Source: Pseudoalteromonas tetraodonis
GTDB lineage: Bacteria; Pseudomonadota; Gammaproteobacteria; Enterobacterales; Alteromonadaceae
Length of the DNA: 32,000 nucleotides
Direction: 5' to 3'
Assembly: GCF_002310835.1 (NCBI RefSeq)
Contig: NZ_CP011041.1
Location: 990,001-1,022,000 of the forward strand
The position numbers were made by a program, and so were the translations under genes. Shown piece by piece: positions 26,393 to 32,000 of the stretch (positions are counted from its first letter, which is position 1; each line of letters starts with the position of its first letter). The notes under the pieces were generated by a model that saw only the letters and a program-made list of their open reading frames with translations, made no database searches and was not told the origin of the DNA.

Positions 26393-26458
26393 ACCTGAAT
26401 TTTAATTACATAGAAGCCTTCCTACTGCGAGGCATTATTGCTTTTAAATTATTCAGGT
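26393..26458 (-). promoter_or_regulatory. Leader hairpin between the 27-codon uORF and the S51 peptidase start
   Basis: ACCTGAAT (26393-26400) pairs with ATTCAGGT (26451-26458). The stem is extended by TTTAA (26401-26405) pairing with TTAAA (26444-26448). On the minus-strand RNA one arm contains the only SD-like AGG, 9-11 nt before the peptidase ATG. The other arm starts 5 nt after the uORF stop. Confidence 0.45.
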
Positions 26459-26462
26459 TTTT

Positions 26463-26546
26463 TTATTCGTCGAACCATTCACTTAAATGATAGTCGACAG
26501 AACATTCTTGAGGAGCACTAGGAGTGATAATAAATAGTTTGTTCAT
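26463..26546 (-). CDS. Unlisted 27-codon ORF with a consensus Shine-Dalgarno (candidate small protein or leader peptide)
   Basis: AGGAGG (26553-26558, minus strand) lies 6 nt before the ATG at 26546. The product is MNKLFIITPSAPQECSVDYHLSEWFDE, with the stop at 26463-26465. It is too short for the ORF track and I recognise no family. Confidence 0.35.
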   Translation of the reverse strand: MNKLFIITPSAPQECSVDYHLSEWFDE

Positions 26547-26680
26547 TTATGCCTCCTAAGTGATTATTGGTGTGTTTCAGCATTGTTGCTGAATGTTCAA
26601 TGTTACAGTTAGGTGTTTAGTTTGCAACTATTTATTAACTTTTATTTTACTTCCTGTTCCAGGCTTTTGTTTTTATTGAT

Positions 26681-26854
26681 TTATAAACATGTTTCATCGT
26701 TTATAGACTCTATTTGCTGTTCTTGAGCCAGTAATGCTAATTTTTCACGTTCAGCTTTAGACACATAAGCAGGTTTATTACTTTTATGTAATTTTGCATT
26801 TGCGCGCTTATCTTTGTTATTAAACTTTGTAATGATCTTTTTTCTGCGATTCAT
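26681..26854 (-). CDS. Unlisted 57-codon basic protein, DUF2986-like
   Basis: MNRRKKIITKFNNKDKRANAKLHKSNKPAYVSKAEREKLALLAQEQQIESINDETCL. A GGGG run lies 6 nt before the ATG. The N-terminal pattern (MNRxKKI...KANAKLH.SNKP.Y.SKAER) matches my memory of the small Vibrio/Shewanella DUF2986 family. Confidence 0.5.
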   Translation of the reverse strand: MNRRKKIITKFNNKDKRANAKLHKSNKPAYVSKAEREKLALLAQEQQIESINDETCL

Positions 26855-27003
26855 GATTAACCCCGTAATTTTAAGGTGCGCATTATACAGGCATCTTTAG
26901 TAAAGCTGTTAGATAAATATAGTGGCGGTTTTACGCTCTGTCGCAAAGCGTTGTTTGTTATTAAACAAGGGCGTTATAATTATGGTTCTTAGTTGTTAAT
27001 TAA

Positions 27004-28503
27004 ATGGGATTTGTTTTGAAAAAGTTAGCTTTAGCTAGTATCGCTTTATTGGCCTTTAATACTCATGCACAATTAAATAAAATTAATGACAGCGTGGCTG
27101 ATTACGCTGTAAATACCTACCAAAGTGCGCAAGTACATACACTCACAAATTTGGTGTCTTTTCCAACGGTTAATAAAAGTGATGTTAGCGCACCACAAAA
27201 TCCCGACTTTATTGGCTTTAAAGCGTTACTAAAAATGAAAGCGGCTGAGCTTGGTTTTGATTATCAAGATTTAGGTTACACCGTACTTATTGGTATGGGG
27301 CAACAAACTGATAAGGTAACCATAGTAACTCATGGCGATGTACAACCTGCTAATGCCAGCAAATGGAAGCAAAGCCCTTTTATTATTGACACCTCAGAGC
27401 CGGATAAATTAATTGGCCGTGGTACCGAAGACGACAAAGGCGCTATTGCGACTGCAATGTACGCCATGAAGGCGATAAAAGATAAAGGCATAGCGCTTGA
27501 TAACCGTATTGAATTAATGATTTACCTAGCGGAGGAGTCTGACTGGGGGCCGTTAACTGAGTTTATGAAAACTTATCAGCAACCAAAGTATGCGGTAACC
27601 ATTGATGCCTCATACCCTGTAGTGGTTGCTGAAAAAGGCTGGAGCTTAATTGCGCCAACATTTGATGCAACATCACCACAAACAGGTGTGTATGTCAGTG
27701 ATGTAACCGGCGGCGCATTTGCCAGTCAAATCCCTGAAGATGCCAGCCTATTACTACATAACGCCAACGAAACATTAATTAATCAATTAAAAGCAAAAGC
27801 TAACACACTTAAGCAAGTTGAATTTAATTTTACAGAGCAAAATAACGCGCTTGCCATAAGTGTTAAAGGCATGTCGGCCCACTCATCTGAACCGGAATCA
27901 GGCGTTAACGCCATTGCTTATTTAGCTGAAATATTTAAAAACGTTGAGCTTGAAAACAATAGTGATGGCCAGCTCATTGATTTTGTTAATCAGCTTATTG
28001 GTTTAGATATTCACGGTAAACAGTTTGGCGAAATTGCTTATGAACATGACTTTATGGGGCCAATGACCGTAGCGCCTACGGTTATTGAACGTGAGGGTAA
28101 CGCGCTTACTTTAGCGGTCAATGCTCGCCGTCCGGTTGGTAAAGATGAGACGTTACTTAAACAACAAATTGATACTGCGCTTGCTAATTGGCAAACGGCT
28201 AATCAGGTTACGTTAGCTAACATTAAAACCACCATTGGTACGCCCATGCTTTTAGATAGCGCACCCCATGCGCAAAAGCTACTTGATATTTTTAAGCATT
28301 ATACGGGTGATAAAAACGCTGATTTTGTTTCAATAGGGGGCGGTACAAATGCCAAGCTATTTGATAATGCCGTGTCGTTTGGCCCATCTATGCCGGGTAA
28401 ACGCTACACCGGGCACTCAGAGCATGAGTTTATTACCCTTGAGCAATTAGCACTTAATTTACGTATGTACACCGCAATGATGATAGAGCTGGGAAATATG
28501 TAA
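27004..28503 (+). CDS. Secreted M20-family metallo-dipeptidase (PepV/Sapep-like)
   Basis: Signal peptide KKLALASIALLAFNTHAQ. M20 metal and catalytic motifs are THGDVQP, GRGTEDDKGAIA and YLAEESDW, plus a dimerisation/lid domain and the C-terminal GHSEHEF. The start could instead be the TTG at 27016 (MKKLAL...), which has better SD spacing. Confidence 0.85.
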   Translation: MGFVLKKLALASIALLAFNTHAQLNKINDSVADYAVNTYQSAQVHTLTNLVSFPTVNKSDVSAPQNPDFIGFKALLKMKAAELGFDYQDLGYTVLIGMGQQTDKVTIVTHGDVQPANASKWKQSPFIIDTSEPDKLIGRGTEDDKGAIATAMYAMKAIKDKGIALDNRIELMIYLAEESDWGPLTEFMKTYQQPKYAVTIDASYPVVVAEKGWSLIAPTFDATSPQTGVYVSDVTGGAFASQIPEDASLLLHNANETLINQLKAKANTLKQVEFNFTEQNNALAISVKGMSAHSSEPESGVNAIAYLAEIFKNVELENNSDGQLIDFVNQLIGLDIHGKQFGEIAYEHDFMGPMTVAPTVIEREGNALTLAVNARRPVGKDETLLKQQIDTALANWQTANQVTLANIKTTIGTPMLLDSAPHAQKLLDIFKHYTGDKNADFVSIGGGTNAKLFDNAVSFGPSMPGKRYTGHSEHEFITLEQLALNLRMYTAMMIELGNM

Positions 28504-28532
28504 TTTTGGATATATAACCTATATCTAATACG

Positions 28533-28561
28533 AAAAAACCGCCGTAACGCCGGTTTTTTTA
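28533..28561. terminator. Bidirectional rho-independent terminator between the convergent M20 and EAL genes
   Basis: AAAAAACCGCCG-taa-CGCCGGTTTTTTT. The stem is GC-rich with one mismatch and is flanked by A6 and T7 runs. Confidence 0.75.
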
Positions 28562-28574
28562 TAGCAACGGTGTG

Positions 28575-29336
28575 CTATTGAAAATCAACTTCTGGCAAGC
28601 ATTCAAACCCAGGTTTTGCAAATAAGTAACCTTGCATTAGCTCAATACCTGCGTATTTTAACCACTGATATTCTTCAACAGTTTCAATGCCTTCAGCCAG
28701 AGCTGTAACATTTAGCGCGCTAAACATGTTTAAACAGTGAGTTACGATTGCCTGGCGATTTTTATCTTTGTCGATATCTCTGATCAGCGCCATATCAAGC
28801 TTGATAATATCAGTTTGAAAATCGGCTAATAGGTTTAATCCAGAATAGCCTGAACCAAAGTCATCGGTGGCTGTTTTAAAGCCTAATTCTTGGTAATAGC
28901 TCACAACACGTTTTACATGTGCGCTGTCTTCTATTTTTTCGACTTCTGTAAATTCAAACATAATATTTGTTGTAGGGAAGTTATACTTTTTAGCGGCTTC
29001 TAGGGTGGTACGAATACAACGCTCTGGCTTGTAGATAGCGTTTGGTAAAAAGTTAATACTAAGCATCGAATCTACACCTAGCTTTGATGCAAGTGCAATC
29101 GCTTTAATTCTGCATAACTGATCAAACGTATAGCGGTTAGTATCGTTAACACGAGAAATAATAGAGTAGGCCGATTCATTATTTAAACCACGGACAAGTG
29201 CTTCATATCCAAAAATAGTATTATTTTGACAATTTACAATAGGCTGAAATGCCATGGTAAAGTCAAAATCTAGTTCATTCGAATCAGCGCAATTGCTACA
29301 AGAAACTTTTTCGCAATTTAGTGATTTATCATTCAT
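28575..29336 (-). CDS. Stand-alone EAL-domain c-di-GMP phosphodiesterase with an N-terminal Cys cluster
   Basis: All catalytic EAL signatures are present: FQPIV, YEALVRG, N in INFLPN, EFTE, DDFGSGYSGLNLL, KLDMALIRDI, AEGIET and QGYLFAKP. The N-terminus has C-x4-C-x2-C (CEKVSCSNC). SD AAGGG precedes the start. Length is 253 aa. Confidence 0.9.
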   Translation of the reverse strand: MNDKSLNCEKVSCSNCADSNELDFDFTMAFQPIVNCQNNTIFGYEALVRGLNNESAYSIISRVNDTNRYTFDQLCRIKAIALASKLGVDSMLSINFLPNAIYKPERCIRTTLEAAKKYNFPTTNIMFEFTEVEKIEDSAHVKRVVSYYQELGFKTATDDFGSGYSGLNLLADFQTDIIKLDMALIRDIDKDKNRQAIVTHCLNMFSALNVTALAEGIETVEEYQWLKYAGIELMQGYLFAKPGFECLPEVDFQ

Positions 29337-29508
29337 TCATCGTACCCTTTGTTTTAACCTACAAAATAAGGTGTGGTTAAGCCTGCCCTTAATCCTAACA
29401 AAGTATTGATATTTTACATAATCTATTTAACTGTTTTTGTTTAACCTTTTTGTAACTCACCGCGATTAAACAGTGCCTTTATTTCTATGATTAATGAAAA
29501 AGTAGCAA

Positions 29509-29543
29509 TAAGGTTATGGCTTTTTTACATGCGCATAACCTTA
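29509..29543 (-). terminator. Candidate terminator hairpin downstream of osmC
   Basis: TAAGGTTATG (29509-29518) pairs with CATAACCTTA (29534-29543), a 10-bp perfect stem with a 15-nt loop. On the minus strand a T5 run follows, but only after a 7-nt gap. Confidence 0.35.
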
Positions 29544-29592
29544 CTTTTCATGAGCTTTAAGCGCTTTACGCCTAGCTTAATACACTAGGTAT

Positions 29593-30021
29593 TTACTTAA
29601 GTGTGGCGTTAAGCGAAATCTCAGTATTTAATAATTTTGAGATAGGGCAGCCTTTTTTGGTTTGTTCGCACAATGCTTGAAATTGCTCATTTGAAATATC
29701 TGCAATGGTTGCATTTACTTCAAGGGCAATGTGCGTCACGGCAAAGCCATCATCCACTTCATCTAAACTAACCACTGCTTCGGTGTTTATGTTCTCAGCG
29801 GTAAAGCCCGCTTCACCAAGTGCCAGCGATAAAGCCATACCAAAACAGGCACTATGTGCTGCACCCACTAATTCCTCTGGGTTTGATCCTGGCTTATCTT
29901 CAAAGCGGGTATTAAACCCATACGGCTGGTTATCTAATGCGCCACTTTGCGTTGAGATATAACCTTTCCCTTTTTTAATATCACCAGACCATGTTGAACT
30001 TGCAGATTTTTTAATCGTCAT
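29593..30021 (-). CDS. osmC: OsmC-family peroxiredoxin (organic hydroperoxide reductase)
   Basis: 142 aa, collinear with E. coli OsmC. It has STWSGDIKKGKG, NPEELVGAAHSACF (peroxidatic Cys) and KKGCPISK (resolving Cys). SD AAGGAG precedes the start. Confidence 0.9.
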   Translation of the reverse strand: MTIKKSASSTWSGDIKKGKGYISTQSGALDNQPYGFNTRFEDKPGSNPEELVGAAHSACFGMALSLALGEAGFTAENINTEAVVSLDEVDDGFAVTHIALEVNATIADISNEQFQALCEQTKKGCPISKLLNTEISLNATLK

Positions 30022-30067
30022 TATGTTCTCCTTGTTGAGGGTGTAGGCTTTTTAGGTTAATTAGTCA

Positions 30068-30109
30068 TACCGTGTAGTGTTTGCAATACCTTGTAAACAC
30101 TACATGGTA
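30068..30109. repeat. 42-nt near-perfect palindrome (19-bp stem, 4-nt loop) upstream of osmC
   Basis: TACCGTGTAGTGTTTGCAA-tacc-TTGTAAACACTACATGGTA. There are 17 Watson-Crick pairs plus 2 G-T pairs. It lies 47 nt upstream of the osmC ATG and about 105 nt downstream of the preceding gene's stop. Confidence 0.6.
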
Positions 30110-30213
30110 AAACAGCTAAAAAGCGTTATTTACATAGATAGTTGCAAAATAGAAGCCAAATAATTTAATAAACAAGGTCCACGTTATGTTTGGGATTATT
30201 TATTATCCCGAAT

Positions 30214-31371
30214 TTAGGTTATATCAGCTATTTGCAGGTGATAAGGCGGGGCGCTTTCACGGTTTTGAAACGCTAAAATAGCGTTGTTTTTAATTATTCC
30301 GTGTTCAATATTGATAGCGCGGCGAATGGTTTCGTCTTTTTGCCATTGCTCTGGGCCGGCTAAAACAGTTGGCAAGTATACAATGAGCGCGGCAGAAATA
30401 GAGCGCGTTGCACTTTCCCATAAGTAGCTAGGGGTATGATCAACCGCGTAATAATCCGTGGTTTTATAGCTAAACATTGGGTGTTTAAATGTTGTTGGCT
30501 TTGCAAAAAAGAATCCCATTCCTTCATCACAGCTTACATCTATTATAAGGCTATTGGGTTTTAAGCAATCGGCTTCAGATTCAATCAAAAAATTGACGGG
30601 GTTTGCGGTTTCTTGGTAGGTGCCATTAACAATAATGTCAGCTTCGCTAATAAGCTCAGTAAGCGGACGCTGCGACCCATCGTGCTCAACCACTATCATA
30701 CGAGCTTCGCCTTCAGTGCCTGGGCGTACTTTAACATAATGACAATCAAGTACTTCTTCACGCACTTCATGATCGGGGCGCTGTATACAAATTGTAATAT
30801 CTCTAAAACCATGAGCTTTTAATGCATAAATAGCGCCTCGGCTAACAGCGCCAAAACTAAAAATAATGGTTTTACGTTGATTACCGTAATGACCATCAAT
30901 GCCTTTTAGTTGCAGAGCATGTAACACCGCACAATAACCAGCCATTTCATTGTTTTTATAAAAAGTATGACGGCCCACATTCCCCTGTGGTGACCATACA
31001 AACATGTCTTCAAAGGCAATAAGAGTAAGCTTTCTATCAAGGGCAGCTTGGGTAATTGCTTGTTGTTGTACGCAATGTACATAGCCCCAAATTGTGCCGC
31101 CTTCTTTAAGTTCTTGTAAATCAGCAAGCACTGGTTTGGCAATAATGACGGTGCCTAATTGGGTTAAAATATCACTGCGGGTGGCAATGCCGCCTGTCAG
31201 TGCTGCAATTTCTTCGTCGCTCATATTAAATGCCGCGCCATAACCTTGCTCAAAAATCATTTTTTTTCTGAGTTTTTCAGGTATACGCATTAAATGCGCA
31301 GGATGAATAGGGTAGCGTCTTTCATCTGTTTTACGTGATGTTCCAATTACGCCAATAGTTAATTCACTCAT
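30214..31371 (-). CDS. Alanine dehydrogenase/PNT-family oxidoreductase, N5-(carboxyethyl)ornithine-synthase-like
   Basis: 385 aa with SD AAGGA. The N-terminal AlaDH/PNT-type domain contains IGVIGTSRKTDERRYPIHP. The central Rossmann region contains IIFSFGAVSRGAIYAL. The overall pattern matches proteins I remember as annotated N(5)-(carboxyethyl)ornithine synthase in marine gammaproteobacteria. The family call is moderate and the substrate is unknown. Confidence 0.6.
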   Translation of the reverse strand: MSELTIGVIGTSRKTDERRYPIHPAHLMRIPEKLRKKMIFEQGYGAAFNMSDEEIAALTGGIATRSDILTQLGTVIIAKPVLADLQELKEGGTIWGYVHCVQQQAITQAALDRKLTLIAFEDMFVWSPQGNVGRHTFYKNNEMAGYCAVLHALQLKGIDGHYGNQRKTIIFSFGAVSRGAIYALKAHGFRDITICIQRPDHEVREEVLDCHYVKVRPGTEGEARMIVVEHDGSQRPLTELISEADIIVNGTYQETANPVNFLIESEADCLKPNSLIIDVSCDEGMGFFFAKPTTFKHPMFSYKTTDYYAVDHTPSYLWESATRSISAALIVYLPTVLAGPEQWQKDETIRRAINIEHGIIKNNAILAFQNRESAPPYHLQIADIT

Positions 31372-31656
31372 GCTATATCCTTGATTAAAGTATGCTGAGT
31401 TTATAAACGAATAATGCTACATCGCTAACAAACAAAGAGGGGTTTTACAGGCAAGCTCACGCCATGGCTGTAAAATAAGGCTTGGTAAAGGGTGTTCTTT
31501 TAATTAGCTGTGCTAGGTGTAATGAATGTTGAGCAGGCAGAGGGTAGAGTGTTAACTTGCATTGAATAACAAGTTGAAACGTTAACCACTATAACAGCTA
31601 TGTAAGATATAAAGTGAGATTAAAGCGAATATGCGTGTATTGGTTTTTATAAGCGG

Positions 31657-31791
31657 CTATTTGCTGCGTTTGCACCGCTCTGAGCAATAAATAACGTTAT
31701 CCCAATCTCGTTGCCACTTTTTACGCCACGCAAACGGCTTATTGCATACTGGGCAAATTTTTTGCGGTAAGTTAAGTTTTTTGTGCGCCAT
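31657..31791 (-). CDS. DUF2256 zinc-ribbon protein (44 aa, unlisted)
   Basis: [44 protein letters not shown]. It has the C-x2-C...C-x3-C arrangement and the WRKKW motif typical of DUF2256. The start lies 2 nt after the upstream gene's stop. Confidence 0.7.
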   Translation of the reverse strand: MAHKKLNLPQKICPVCNKPFAWRKKWQRDWDNVIYCSERCKRSK

Positions 31792-31793
31792 AA

Positions 31794-32000
31794 TTAGGTG
31801 TTCTCTTTATTGCTGTTACTGCGAGTTTTGCGTTTTACACGGGTGATTTTTTGAGTCGGAGCTACGTGTTTTTTAAGAATTTTACCTATGGCGCGTTTTA
31901 CATCGGGCCGCTCTCGGTATTGCCATAGCCGTTCGCGGGCTTCTTTTGAGGCGGTGGTTAAATCAAGCATCGGCTCAGGGTAGTCTTCACCTAGTTTAAA
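31794..32000 (-). CDS. Photolyase/cryptochrome-family protein, C-terminal 68 codons only (the gene continues beyond the window)
   Basis: The minus-strand frame is open from the window edge and reads [28 protein letters not shown]...NT, with the stop at 31794-31796. LG-DYP-P-(I/M)(V/L)D is the conserved photolyase C-terminal motif. DUF2256 genes commonly accompany photolyase-family genes. Confidence 0.55.
   Translation of the reverse strand, partial: FKLGEDYPEPMLDLTTASKEARERLWQYRERPDVKRAIGKILKKHVAPTQKITRVKRKTRSNSNKENT

Noticed and set aside
26393-26464. Plus-strand rho-independent terminator (stem plus T7 run)
   Set aside because: No plus-strand gene is transcribed toward it, and the enclosed loop (more than 35 nt) is too large for a typical intrinsic terminator. 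I interpret it as a leader structure on the minus-strand mRNA instead.
26463-26546. 27-aa peptide as a PqqA-like or other RiPP precursor
   Set aside because: The Glu-Tyr spacing (E14...Y19) does not match the PqqA E-x3-Y motif. No radical-SAM enzyme, cyclase, dedicated protease/exporter or other maturation genes are nearby.
1-32000. Mobile elements, CRISPR arrays, tRNA/rRNA genes, toxin-antitoxin or defence islands
   Set aside because: I read all intergenic regions and ORF products. I found no transposase, integrase, recombinase or phage-like proteins. I also found no regularly spaced direct repeats, no cloverleaf-like tRNA candidates, and no obvious compositional break other than the AT-rich spacer at 3878-4194.

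Overview
This is an AT-rich gammaproteobacterial chromosomal segment. Gene content and style look Alteromonadales/Vibrionales-like, perhaps Pseudoalteromonas, but that is a guess and not a search result.

Bases 1-11864 are a tightly packed flagellar block: fliR (partial)-flhB-flhA, a 317-bp gap, then a motY-like gene, a sigma-54 activator and fliE-F-G-H-I-J. Three things match lateral/secondary (laf-type) flagellar systems rather than a polar locus: a MotY-like gene plus a LafK-like regulator between flhA and fliE, no flhF/flhG after flhA, and no fliK-L-M after fliJ. The block stops 48 bp before the housekeeping helicase gene hrpB.

Downstream, in order:
- an H-NOX (heme/NO sensor) gene translationally coupled to a soluble histidine kinase, which is split by a 1-nt indel in its ATP-binding domain
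- a small acidic orphan, a DUF1499 protein, a YahK-like Zn alcohol dehydrogenase and a YdhP-like MFS transporter
- a membrane-protein/XRE-HTH pair, with the membrane gene broken at an A-run
- a TonB-dependent receptor with OprC/NosA-like CxxxM and HxM copper motifs and a Met-rich stretch
- a LysR regulator divergent from a TehA/TDT transporter
- a secreted PPC-domain, cyanophycinase-like S51 peptidase divergent from a secreted M20 dipeptidase, with two unlisted small ORFs (57 and 27 codons) and a structured leader between them
- an EAL-only c-di-GMP phosphodiesterase, OsmC, an AlaDH/PNT-family enzyme, DUF2256 and the 3' end of a photolyase-family gene

I saw no rRNA, tRNA, CRISPR, transposase, integrase or phage genes, and no clear-cut defence-type or mobile novel system. 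The best candidates for under-described biology are the secreted two-peptidase module with its uORF/hairpin leader (24985-28503), the copper-type TonB-dependent receptor, and the H-NOX/kinase pair. All calls are motif-level readings made by eye, without database searches.
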